A stretch of 64,000 bases of DNA from the IMG/VR virus record IMGVR_UViG_3300045988_126562; one strand, 5' to 3'. The position numbers and the translations under genes are program-made. Positions within the stretch are counted from its first letter, which is position 1; each line of letters begins with the position of its first letter. This DNA is from a virus. Under the pieces are notes generated by a model. The model saw only the letters and a program-made list of their open reading frames with translations. It was not told the origin of the DNA and made no database searches. This document shows positions 42,950-51,706 of this stretch, in pieces.

Positions 42950-44653
42950 CTAAATTGTTATCAGATTTAACAGTTCCTGATTCATAGCTGCCTCAAACAA
43001 CTCTCTAGCTGTTTTAGGTGTACTAGGTTCAGGATTTTCTGGAGTAGGTTCTTGTCCTAAAAGAAAAGCAATTCCTGAAGGATCTAAACCTCCCATATAG
43101 AAGAATCCCGGAGTATCTGCATACCCCTCGAATTTAGGTCTAATTTCTCTGCTGTAGGAACTGTTAGGTATATCCCACAGAACAATCTTGAAATCATCAA
43201 CATAGTCTTTAGGGAATCCAGCGTCTAGCAACTTTTTCTTGAATAAGGCAAAGTTCGTCTTTGATTCTTGTGTAGAATCTTGATAGCCATATCCATAATA
43301 TGACTGCCCTCTGTTAAATTCTCCATCGCTTACACATAACAATCCTTTTGGGAACTGATTAATAGGAGTTCCTTTTCTGAAAATTTCGACAAATAAGTCA
43401 GCGATTCCTAAGAAGTTAGTACTTCCATAAGATTCTGCCCTATCATTGAAATACTTCTCAGTAGGAGTTTTACCATTCCACAATCTCAATGTAGGTTTGC
43501 TAGCAAACTCCACATATCCACTCGCAAATGGCCCTTCTAACAAGTAAGAGAAGTAGAGAGCAATAGCTTTGGCAACGTCGTTACTTGATACATTAGTCCC
43601 ATTTACATTTGAACTCATAGACCCAGAGGTATCTCTCGCAACTAAGAAAGTTGACTTAGTATTCATTCCTTTCTTTGCTGTTTCAATAAGTCCTCCAAAC
43701 TGTTTATCTACAGTCATTTTCTTGTAAGTAGGACTATTATATTCAATTCCTTTGAATAACTCATATACATATCCAGTAAACTTGGCTACTGGTTGTTTTA
43801 GAATCCATTCTTCGTATGCGGTTTCTAAGTTATTATTCTTTAGGAAATTTCCAGAAACTAGCAAAGCCAGAGCACGACCATGCACAGTAGAAAAGTTTAT
43901 ATTCAACTTTCCCCTTGAGATTTGCTGTTGCCATTGATGAGCCGTTCCTGACACTTTCAATTGACGATATTGCTTATAGTTGAGAGAGTGATACTGGTCA
44001 GCCTTAAACTGTCCCTTACCAAACAATCTATGTGCAATATACTTTCCAATAATCGTATCCGCCTGTGCTTCCAAAGTACGGGCTTTAGAACGAGCTTTAA
44101 TAGTAGGAAGATATTTCTTTACTAAATTGCAAGTATTAGGATTTTCCAGACCAGCTAGAATAAAATCACCTAATGCTTTCCAATCTAGCACTTTTCCTTT
44201 CCACCCATGAAATTGAATATCATAGGACATCATTTGGAAAATATCCTTCCAACAACCAGCTGCTACAAACAAAGGAAGATTGTTATAGAATACTTCAGGG
44301 TAATTTATAGCCACCCAAATCATTCTCATAATCCCTTCATGCTTCATTCCCTGCCCTCGCTGAACAGAAGTGGTTTCTGAACCATCTAATAATTCAACCT
44401 TTCGAGTTACCAAACGAATATAGAATACCAATTTCATTGCATCAAGCTGATTGATATTCCATAATGTACGCATATCCTTATCAATATCAGCATAAGGACG
44501 CAACTGCCTGTACTGAGAAATTAAAGAAAACTGGTCTGTAAATGGATCTCCTGTAGAAGTTAATTTTACAGCACCATTGCCACTCAAAGTGATTTCTGCA
44601 ATACTCTTTACTGGTTCGTTGCCAAACAGATAGCTTTGTTTCTTGTCAAACAT
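42950..44653 (-). CDS. Ro60-like architecture protein: helical N-terminal domain + C-terminal vWA (MIDAS)
   Basis: 567 aa. N-terminal STGDPFTDQF...MKLVFYIRL...GCWKDIF pattern, which I recall from DUF2828-type proteins. C-terminal VARDTSGSMSS DxSxS MIDAS motif. Confidence 0.55.
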   Translation of the reverse strand: MFDKKQSYLFGNEPVKSIAEITLSGNGAVKLTSTGDPFTDQFSLISQYRQLRPYADIDKDMRTLWNINQLDAMKLVFYIRLVTRKVELLDGSETTSVQRGQGMKHEGIMRMIWVAINYPEVFYNNLPLFVAAGCWKDIFQMMSYDIQFHGWKGKVLDWKALGDFILAGLENPNTCNLVKKYLPTIKARSKARTLEAQADTIIGKYIAHRLFGKGQFKADQYHSLNYKQYRQLKVSGTAHQWQQQISRGKLNINFSTVHGRALALLVSGNFLKNNNLETAYEEWILKQPVAKFTGYVYELFKGIEYNSPTYKKMTVDKQFGGLIETAKKGMNTKSTFLVARDTSGSMSSNVNGTNVSSNDVAKAIALYFSYLLEGPFASGYVEFASKPTLRLWNGKTPTEKYFNDRAESYGSTNFLGIADLFVEIFRKGTPINQFPKGLLCVSDGEFNRGQSYYGYGYQDSTQESKTNFALFKKKLLDAGFPKDYVDDFKIVLWDIPNSSYSREIRPKFEGYADTPGFFYMGGLDPSGIAFLLGQEPTPENPEPSTPKTARELFEAAMNQELLNLITI

Positions 44654-44667
44654 TGTTTTATCTAATT

Positions 44668-44982
44668 TTATATTAAAAGTAAATATTCTTCATCATAACT
44701 TACAGAATCTGCAGAAGAGATTCCCAATTCCAAAACAAAATCATTCAGTGAACCAATTGTTACTCTTCTGTTTAGATCTGTCCACCTCCATTCCTCCGCA
44801 AATTTTCTAGAACCTGTAAGATAACTAGGCTCACATCCCGGAATTACAAGTACTGTTATTCCTTTTTCAAACCTGTTTTCTCCGATGTGTTCAAATCTTC
44901 TAAGTTTTAACTTAGTTTCTCTGATTTCCTCAAGATATTCAAATTCTTTCTTATCTCTACAATAAACAGCTTCTATAATCAT
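44668..44982 (-). CDS. hypothetical protein with C-terminal EEYLLLI
   Basis: Track ORF 44668..45078 trimmed to Met33 because the upstream codons translate tRNA-Leu. Confidence 0.5.
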   Translation of the reverse strand: MIIEAVYCRDKKEFEYLEEIRETKLKLRRFEHIGENRFEKGITVLVIPGCEPSYLTGSRKFAEEWRWTDLNRRVTIGSLNDFVLELGISSADSVSYDEEYLLLI

Positions 44983-44998
44983 AATATTTAAATTTATG

Positions 44999-45084
44999 TA
45001 CCGAGAGCGGGATTCGAACCCGCACAGCCCTTCCGGACTATCGGATTTTAAGTCCGATGCGTCTACCAGTTCCGCCATCTCGGC
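44999..45084 (-). tRNA. tRNA-Leu(UAA)
   Basis: GCCGAGA/TCTCGGT acceptor, arm TCGGA-CTTAAAA-TCCGA, long variable arm, discriminator A. Confidence 0.85.
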
Positions 45085-45111
45085 ATTAAGTTCTATTTGA
45101 ATTTAGTGATG

Positions 45112-45119
45112 CAAAATTA
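45112..45119 (-). promoter_or_regulatory. Bacteroidota-type -7 promoter element candidate
   Basis: Minus strand TAATTTTG (TAnnTTTG) followed by CATCAC, ~28 nt upstream of the tRNA-Leu 5' end. Confidence 0.35.
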
Positions 45120-45260
45120 CTACAAATTTTTTATATTCACAAGTAATTTACAGAAATTATTTTCCTTAATGCTTAACAAGTAAGAAGTTTTCCTTCCAAA
45201 TTTAAAATCGGATGTACTATATCTTCTTACTTGGTAGTTGATACTTATGGGATACAAAAA

Positions 45261-45626
45261 TTATAATTTAGTGATTTTCAATTCACACATAGATTTTTTC
45301 TCTATTAAAGATAACACTCCAAATATATCAGCAGCTACTCCTACTCCTGCTGATGAATCCCATACGTAATAAAGCTGAGGAAGGGACATTGTAGGATCTT
45401 CCTTGTTGTCCGTTTCCTGCAAAGGATCTTTTGACTCCCATATCTTCTTTACTGGATTCCAAGTCCAAGAATCAATATCCTTTTCTTCTACCATTAATGT
45501 GCCTTTTGGAATTTCTCCATCTGTCTTATCCATGTAGTCCTGTATAGCTTCTTCCTTAGTTAAAGCTCCAGACAGAAATTTTTTACAGATGCCATCAGGT
45601 GTTAATACAAAATACGTTTGATTCAT
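45261..45626 (-). CDS. hypothetical protein
   Basis: 121-aa ORF. Confidence 0.55.
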   Translation of the reverse strand: MNQTYFVLTPDGICKKFLSGALTKEEAIQDYMDKTDGEIPKGTLMVEEKDIDSWTWNPVKKIWESKDPLQETDNKEDPTMSLPQLYYVWDSSAGVGVAADIFGVLSLIEKKSMCELKITKL

Positions 45627-45627
45627 T

Positions 45628-45984
45628 TTACCATTTATATTTAGGTAAGTTAGTAATTACATAAATAAATTCTCCTAATGAGAAAACTGTTGATGATTTG
45701 TTTATACTGAACTCAGCCTGTCTTCCATCACTTGCAACAGTTTTAATAATAGTGCCATTTTTTCCTTCGTAGATTTTTACTACGTAGAACATAATACTGT
45801 TCCCTTCAAATACGAGTTGTATTGCCTCTAACTCTTCAATGAAGTTTAGCACTACAGGATCCACATTAACTCTAGTATATGATTCTATTGACTGATTCGC
45901 TTTGCCAGAATACATATAATTAAATGATTCTGCTTTTATTGTAAAACTAACAAGTAAACAGAATAAGATCAGTATCTTTTTCAT
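45628..45984 (-). CDS. secreted hypothetical protein
   Basis: 118 aa with an N-terminal signal-like segment. Confidence 0.55.
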   Translation of the reverse strand: MKKILILFCLLVSFTIKAESFNYMYSGKANQSIESYTRVNVDPVVLNFIEELEAIQLVFEGNSIMFYVVKIYEGKNGTIIKTVASDGRQAEFSINKSSTVFSLGEFIYVITNLPKYKW

Positions 45985-46209
45985 AACAACAATAATTCTT
46001 CTTCTACATTGTCATTAGGAGCTATCCAAACTTCACTCCATGTGTAGTGATTGCCTTTCAATTTGTATCCTTCCTCCGCCACAAATTTCAGATATAGTAG
46101 ATGTCACTCCTACGTACTTTTCCATATCAGGATTCCAATATAAATCATATAAGTGTTTTGGAACCTGAGTATATCCTACAATTTTAACTTTGTCACCTAT
46201 TTTAAACAT
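45981..46209 (-). pseudogene. frameshifted small gene (two sub-threshold ORFs)
   Basis: MFKIGDKVKIVGYTQ...SEICGGG (frame 1, stop at 46033) continues plausibly as ...AEEGYKLKGNHYTWSEVWIAPNDNVEEELLLL in the +1 frame to 45981. Confidence 0.35.
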
Positions 46210-46249
46210 ATAGTTATAATGGGAGGATTTTCACCTCCCTATTGTAACA

Positions 46250-46654
46250 TTATTCTTCTGTTTCTTTGTCCGCCACTTCTTCTTTGCCAGAAATGTCTTT
46301 GATCATTTCTAGATCTTCGGAATCCAAGCCTTCAACCATATTGGTTGGGAACATTTTGTTATGAACATTCACACAGATTTGTATTTTGCTAGCCACAACA
46401 CTCATTTTAATCACAATGTTGTATAACTCTTTTACCCATGAAGAAGGATCTTTCATATCTACTGTAAGAGAATTACTGTCTCTTTGACCCAAATCAGTGT
46501 GTTCGAACAATTTACTTTGAAGATTCCTAAATTCTTGCTTGTAGGATTCTACCTCCTGACGTGAGGTAGCTGATGTGTTACGGATTACGTTCTTTACTCT
46601 GGCTTCTAATGCTTTAGATCCAGTCAAGCCAATCATTGCTTCAAATGTTCTCAT
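46250..46654 (-). CDS. hypothetical protein
   Basis: 134-aa ORF. Confidence 0.55.
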   Translation of the reverse strand: MRTFEAMIGLTGSKALEARVKNVIRNTSATSRQEVESYKQEFRNLQSKLFEHTDLGQRDSNSLTVDMKDPSSWVKELYNIVIKMSVVASKIQICVNVHNKMFPTNMVEGLDSEDLEMIKDISGKEEVADKETEE

Positions 46655-46664
46655 ATTTTTCTTT

Positions 46665-46883
46665 TTAAAATGTTAATATTTTATTCTTACAAGATTGATA
46701 AATATCATCATCAACTAATTCTCTATAAATTTCCATAGAGTCCATGATTTCATAGAGTCTTTCCTCTTCGCAATATTTTATCTCTTCTTGCCATCGTTTG
46801 TTTCTCTCGTTTATTGATTCATTAGGTGACGTTATCCAAGTAAGAAGGATAATCGCCACCAATCCCAAAATAACTTTTTTCAT
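46665..46883 (-). CDS. small membrane-anchored protein
   Basis: 72 aa with an N-terminal TM segment. Confidence 0.5.
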   Translation of the reverse strand: MKKVILGLVAIILLTWITSPNESINERNKRWQEEIKYCEEERLYEIMDSMEIYRELVDDDIYQSCKNKILTF

Positions 46884-47110
46884 ATAGCAAGAATAGTTAT
46901 TTTGAGCCTCTCTTCAATAGATAAAGGAATGAATATTCCATTTATCCATACTTTCTCGATTTTGCCGTTCATAAAGTCCAATTGAATAGTATTGCCTTCA
47001 GTTGTTTTTACTGTGAGCAAATTACTTTCTATACTAGTGTATAGCGGAATGCCATATAAGATATTATCTTTTATAGCTGCCTCAAGCAAAAAATAAACAA
47101 ATGCAAACAT
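46880..47110 (-). CDS. hypothetical protein
   Basis: 76-aa ORF. Confidence 0.45.
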   Translation of the reverse strand: MFAFVYFLLEAAIKDNILYGIPLYTSIESNLLTVKTTEGNTIQLDFMNGKIEKVWINGIFIPLSIEERLKITILAI

Positions 47111-47304
47111 TATAAGTCGGATAATTCGTTAATTCTCTCAGAATCAACTTCTTGTATTGTTTCTAACTCGCCCATCAGAGCATTTTTTCTCTCAATAACA
47201 GATTTAGTACAGGGAAGTTCTCCTAAGTAAGCTATCTGTTCTTTTAAATACTGTATTCTACGAGAACGCTCATAAGAACCTATTCTCAACGAAATAACAT
47301 TCAT
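47110..47304 (-). CDS. hypothetical protein
   Basis: 64-aa ORF. Confidence 0.45.
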   Translation of the reverse strand: MNVISLRIGSYERSRRIQYLKEQIAYLGELPCTKSVIERKNALMGELETIQEVDSERINELSDL

Positions 47305-47531
47305 AATTTAATTATTTGAGGTTTGTCACATTTGATACTTTCCCTGGTTAGGTCATTTAATATGATTCCAGGAATGTCTTTGAGATTAGATTCTTCAGAA
47401 TAGTCTCTATCATAGTCTAGTTTTAAAGACTTATGCTTTAGAACTGTTCCTTTAGAATCCATGAATAGGTAGTTTACATAAATAAACAACTGAGAACAAT
47501 CTACTTCGGTATGATAGATTACTGTTTCCAT
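47301..47531 (-). CDS. hypothetical protein
   Basis: 76-aa ORF. Confidence 0.45.
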   Translation of the reverse strand: METVIYHTEVDCSQLFIYVNYLFMDSKGTVLKHKSLKLDYDRDYSEESNLKDIPGIILNDLTRESIKCDKPQIIKL

Positions 47532-47662
47532 TTCTCAATCTTGTTGTCAATTTTTGTATACCATTCTCCTTTTAGGAAAAATTTACAATTTCCATTTATT
47601 GTTTTACCTACCACTGCAAGCATAGTTGCATCTGGCAAGCTATCAAATTCCTTTTGAGTCAT
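47522..47662 (-). CDS. small hypothetical protein
   Basis: 46-aa sub-threshold ORF MTQKEFDSLPDATML... that fills the gap, with ATGA overlap to the upstream stop. Confidence 0.35.
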
Positions 47663-48066
47663 TCTCTTGATTTTAAAATCTTATTAATTTCAATAGATAG
47701 ATCTGCTAACTCATCATTTGACATATTTTCTAAGTTTATTTTCTTAGAATCAGATAAAGATACAGAAGACATCCAAGTAGGATTCCATAATACTCTATAT
47801 GTGAGACCGTAGCATTCTACTTTTACAAAAGGATGAGTATATGTGTTATCCAAGAATTTAATCTTTTCCACAAACGGCTCAGATACTATAGTACATTCTG
47901 GAGACACTGTTTCGTAAACTGGGCCAAATAGGTTGTTTCCTATAGGCTTATCTCCTCTACTAACTAATTGTCCTCCTTCGGATAGATTACCTTCACTATC
48001 ATAAATTCCTATATAGGAATTATCTTTTGGGTAATATAAATTACCTACTATACTTTTCTTATTCAT
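47659..48066 (-). CDS. hypothetical protein
   Basis: 135-aa ORF. Confidence 0.55.
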   Translation of the reverse strand: MNKKSIVGNLYYPKDNSYIGIYDSEGNLSEGGQLVSRGDKPIGNNLFGPVYETVSPECTIVSEPFVEKIKFLDNTYTHPFVKVECYGLTYRVLWNPTWMSSVSLSDSKKINLENMSNDELADLSIEINKILKSRE

Positions 48067-48337
48067 ATTCTTTGTACTCCGTTACATCTAACAAATCTAC
48101 TAATTCACCTTTTAACTTTCCATTAACAGCATATCCTATTCTGTCTTGGAAGTAAAATACTTCTATGTCTCCATATTTCTTTATGAGTTTTACTTTGTTT
48201 ATATGATCTCCAAAATCTACTACAATTTCGTTATCAAATGAAACAAAAAGTCTAGTTACCCATAAGATTACTGAAGCTATACATAATCCTAATATTAGAG
48301 AATCCATTATTTCCAACTGATTATGAATGAAACCCAA
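48059..48337 (-). CDS. membrane-anchored hypothetical protein
   Basis: 92 aa with TM segment LILGLCIASVILWVTRLFV. Confidence 0.5.
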   Translation of the reverse strand: MGFIHNQLEIMDSLILGLCIASVILWVTRLFVSFDNEIVVDFGDHINKVKLIKKYGDIEVFYFQDRIGYAVNGKLKGELVDLLDVTEYKEYE

Positions 48338-48447
48338 ATTAACGCAATGCCAAACTGAGTAGAGTCTACTCCTATAGCTACCATAGGAAAATCAGGCTGG
48401 CTAATAGTCAGCCTGATATTTTTGTATATTTTACATGTCATATTTTC

Positions 48448-48996
48448 TTAGAGCTTGATTAGACCAGAAATCATATTATCTCCAGAATCTCGATACTGAA
48501 TAAGATATGGATTTAATATTTTTAAGTATCTCCTGTCTCCAAAGTTATAGGAAACTGCGTTGGGAAGTATTGTAGTTTTGCATTCTGGAATATTAGATGA
48601 TAACCATTTGATGGTATCTTCCAATCCAGTTCTTCTAAGAGAAAAAGTAAAAGCTATATACTTATTGCGAACTGTATTCTTCTTCATTTTATTGTAAATG
48701 TAAAGAAGATCGTCACCATTACTTTTATAGGATTTACAGAAATCACAATCTACAAATGTAACCAAAGCTCTTTCCTGAAGCAGCAAATCAAATTCTCCTA
48801 TTATAGAATTTCTTCTAATAAATGGATTGACTGGATTAAAATCTACTAAAATTGTTCTTTGATTAATTGGAAGTATTTTTATGTATTCTTCTGGATGAGT
48901 TCCAGCTAATCCTAAAACTACTTTTGTAGATTTGATGTGTGAAAACAGATATTTCTGTACTGTTCTTTTTACTATTGCATTTAAATATTGTTCCAT
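48448..48996 (-). CDS. hypothetical protein
   Basis: 182-aa ORF. Confidence 0.55.
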   Translation of the reverse strand: MEQYLNAIVKRTVQKYLFSHIKSTKVVLGLAGTHPEEYIKILPINQRTILVDFNPVNPFIRRNSIIGEFDLLLQERALVTFVDCDFCKSYKSNGDDLLYIYNKMKKNTVRNKYIAFTFSLRRTGLEDTIKWLSSNIPECKTTILPNAVSYNFGDRRYLKILNPYLIQYRDSGDNMISGLIKL

Positions 48997-49041
48997 AATT
49001 TCTAACAGTTATTAATTTAACTAACGAAATTTATACAGTTA

Positions 49042-49296
49042 TCATTGATATGTAAAAATATGGTCTTTATATTGTGCAAGGGCACGATACATAGTACTTA
49101 ATGCCCAAGAAAGACCAATATCTTTTGTTTTCTGTGAGTCTTCTACTATTTCCTGTTTATAAATAACTTTTACAGAATTTTCTGATTCTTTCGCAAAAGC
49201 TATATTATTGTAAGAAAAACGGTCTTGAGTCATTTGGATATTTTCGAGAATAATACTTCTCTCAACAGTATTAAGTCTAAATTTTAATGTATCCAT
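49042..49296 (-). CDS. hypothetical protein
   Basis: 84-aa ORF. Confidence 0.5.
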   Translation of the reverse strand: MDTLKFRLNTVERSIILENIQMTQDRFSYNNIAFAKESENSVKVIYKQEIVEDSQKTKDIGLSWALSTMYRALAQYKDHIFTYQ

Positions 49297-49298
49297 AA

Positions 49299-49466
49299 TT
49301 ATATGATATTAAATCCAAATTCCTTCAACTGATTATAGTACCATCCATAATCAATTGATTCTTCATTTTTAACTGTATTATAGTAGTTTGCCAGAGTAAT
49401 CTTTTTAGCACTATTTGTAGTGCTATGATAAGCTCTTTCAATTTCTTTTAGTAATTTTTCTTTCAT
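49299..49466 (-). CDS. small hypothetical protein
   Basis: 55-aa sub-threshold ORF MKEKLLKEIERAYHS... Confidence 0.4.
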   Translation of the reverse strand: MKEKLLKEIERAYHSTTNSAKKITLANYYNTVKNEESIDYGWYYNQLKEFGFNII

Positions 49467-49628
49467 TTCTCTTATATGATTTGCACCTGAGACTTATTCT
49501 ACTACCTCCTCTATCATGTAATTATCCTCCCAAGGAGTAATCCCTATAGTATTTTAGATTACAATTATATTTAGTAAAATGAATAAGAAACAGGTGAATG
49601 CCGTAATTGTCAAATTGACAATTAGATT

Positions 49629-49865
49629 TTACTTTGTTCTAACTACATAACCATTCTCTTTCAAGAAATCTATGCAAGCTTTAATTGATTTTTGTTTCTC
49701 ACAAGATGCTGCGCATATGATTCCTTTTGCAGATGATATATTCCAGTTATTAAGATTAAATACACAATCTGTGCTATTTGTTATTCTTAAAACCCCAAAG
49801 ATTGTCATTGCTTTTGGAATGAACTCAGCATTCTCTAAATTTTGTTGTTTAAAAAATGAAATCAA
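49629..49865 (-). CDS. hypothetical protein (uncertain start)
   Basis: 78-aa ORF with only a TTG start. A 13-codon ATG mini-ORF just upstream in another frame suggests a frameshift. Confidence 0.35.
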   Translation of the reverse strand: MISFFKQQNLENAEFIPKAMTIFGVLRITNSTDCVFNLNNWNISSAKGIICAASCEKQKSIKACIDFLKENGYVVRTK

Positions 49866-49999
49866 GAAGCGTCATTTCCTTTTACTTCTAAAATTGTTGC
49901 CATGATTATTATATTTTATGAGTTAATAAAATTCAATTAAATAATCCTCTATATTTTCACAAACGAGAGGATTTAACAAAATGCAAACTTTAAAAAATG

Positions 50000-50070
50000 T
50001 TAGGAACAGTGGATTCGAACCACTAACCTCACCTTATCAGTGTGACGCTCTACCATTGAGCTAGTCCCTA
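50000..50070 (-). tRNA. tRNA-Ile(GAU), second copy
   Basis: TAGGGAC/GTTCCTA acceptor, loop CTGATAA, T arm AGTGG-TTCGAAT-CCACT. Confidence 0.8.
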
Positions 50071-50533
50071 AAAGTTCATATAAACCTTTCCCTACAGATG
50101 GGAATAGGACTTAGAAACTTAGAACTTGATAGACGAATTTGTACTTCATTCATCCAAGTTTTTTACTCCCAATTAGGAAGATTTTAGCTGGTGATTGCCT
50201 TATATAATAGTATCCAAGATTCACCACTTCAAGGATTATTGCCTCATTTTTACTAGTATTAATGAGGTCTTAAAGATATGAAAACGTTATATAGCTACCT
50301 AAAAAGATGTGGTTTTTAATTATGTATTTTGGATTCAAATAGCTAAATATATTCTATTTTCGAGAAAATGAGTATGGTCAGGATTTTAATAGGAATCGGG
50401 AGGGAGAATCACTCTGACATCCCGCAGCCTCCTCACTCTTACCTTGACCATGAAGATCATATACCTCACATTTCATTCTGCTCTCAAACTTCTATGTGAG
50501 TATCTAATCTTCATCTTAACTCATTTTATTATA

Positions 50534-50707
50534 TCAGAAAAAATCCACTACATAGATTCTATTATCTCGTCTCAAGATTTGAATGTATGTATAGGGAATA
50601 TCTCTATTAAACTGGTTATATTGCAGTATCTCCTGCTTACCATTATGATAGAGTACATTATTTTGGATTTTTCCAAACACTGTTTCAAGTTTTGGCTTTG
50701 AGTTCAT
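50534..50707 (-). CDS. small hypothetical protein
   Basis: 57-aa sub-threshold ORF MNSKPKLETVFGKIQNN..., more protein-like than the opposing plus-strand track ORF. Confidence 0.4.
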   Translation of the reverse strand: MNSKPKLETVFGKIQNNVLYHNGKQEILQYNQFNRDIPYTYIQILRRDNRIYVVDFF

Positions 50708-50738
50708 AGTTTTTATTTAGTGCTACATAAAAAAGATT

Positions 50739-50762
50739 GAAAGAGGGATTAATCCCTCTTTC
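50739..50762 (-). terminator. rho-independent terminator
   Basis: GAAAGAGGGA-TTAA-TCCCTCTTTC followed by a T run on the minus strand. Confidence 0.6.
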
Positions 50763-50868
50763 CTTCACCTTCTAACAATACCATACCATAGGCATTTACT
50801 TTGTACGGTTTATTTAACATAGGTTTAACACTTGTTTTCTTTTCTGTATTCTTTTTAGTCGTTTTCAT
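50749..50868 (-). CDS. small basic protein
   Basis: 39-aa ORF MKTTKKNTEKKTSVKP... ending inside the terminator hairpin. Confidence 0.3.
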   Translation of the reverse strand: MKTTKKNTEKKTSVKPMLNKPYKVNAYGMVLLEGEGKRD

Positions 50869-50937
50869 ATCTTTATATTTTTTAATAGTTTATACTTTGT
50901 TTATTGGCGGTTATACGATACCGCCAAACGAACTAAT

Positions 50938-51474
50938 TTAGTTTTTTGCTAAATCGGTTTTAATTGTTTCAGGAATAGCAACAATATCAAAGAAAGGATA
51001 ATCTTTTTTTGTCATGTTGCTAAAATCCATTTTATTAGCTGCTGCAATATAATCGGGTGCGCACATTGGTTTAATTTGTCCAACTTTAATACACAGACCA
51101 TTTTCAACCAATTTTTTCACCGCCTCAACCGCCGTATTTCCGTGTTTGTCAATACCGGTAATTTGATATTCCGGTGCGGTTGCATCATTTGTATTTGGGT
51201 ACAATTGGCGCAAAATTGCATTTGTTGAAACTGTGCCCTCTTTAACAAATTTTCCGTTTTCGTCATACAAGAAAGATACAAAAACTGCACCCTCTCGCGT
51301 ACTCCCGTTAATGTTGTAAGTTTTTCCGTAAACCTTTGCCGACGGAATAACGGTAAAACCATTACGATACAAGCCCGCACCGACGTTTGAAATAGGGCGA
51401 TTTGCTTTGTTTAACGTTTCTTCACTCGGATTTGCGTTTAAACCTTCTGCTTTGATAATTTTCAAAATTTCCAT
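50938..51474 (-). CDS. hypothetical protein in a G+C-rich island
   Basis: 178-aa ORF. Local composition is visibly richer in G+C than the rest of the window. Confidence 0.55.
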   Translation of the reverse strand: MEILKIIKAEGLNANPSEETLNKANRPISNVGAGLYRNGFTVIPSAKVYGKTYNINGSTREGAVFVSFLYDENGKFVKEGTVSTNAILRQLYPNTNDATAPEYQITGIDKHGNTAVEAVKKLVENGLCIKVGQIKPMCAPDYIAAANKMDFSNMTKKDYPFFDIVAIPETIKTDLAKN

Positions 51475-51673
51475 AAAAATAAATCTTTTTGTTGTTTGTA
51501 AATCTATTAGTTGAATTTGTGAGAATTTTTGTTTTTCTCTCGCTTCCTGGTGGGGGCCTTAAAGGGTAGTGTACTCCCCCTACCCCAACATATATTATTT
51601 CATTTTTTGAGAGTAGGTGGGGGGGGGATTATAAATCATCTATTGAACATTTGGAAATATGGAAAATATTTAC

Positions 51674-51681
51674 TATATTTG
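51674..51681 (+). promoter_or_regulatory. Bacteroidota-type -7 promoter element candidate
   Basis: TATATTTG (TAnnTTTG) 26 nt upstream of the ATG at 51707, at the strand-switch region. Confidence 0.35.
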
Positions 51682-51706
51682 CAGATAATTAAAACCAAAA
51701 ATAAAT

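Noticed and set aside
46082-46088. AAATTTG as a -1 programmed frameshift heptamer in the split small gene.
   Set aside because: The heptamer is not in the X_XXY_YYZ phase of the upstream frame, and the required shift is +1, not -1.
51117-51380. Nested 87-aa minus-strand ORF inside 50938..51474.
   Set aside because: It is an alternative frame of a longer, better-supported ORF in the G+C-rich island. Its Arg/Cys-rich product is typical of an off-frame read.
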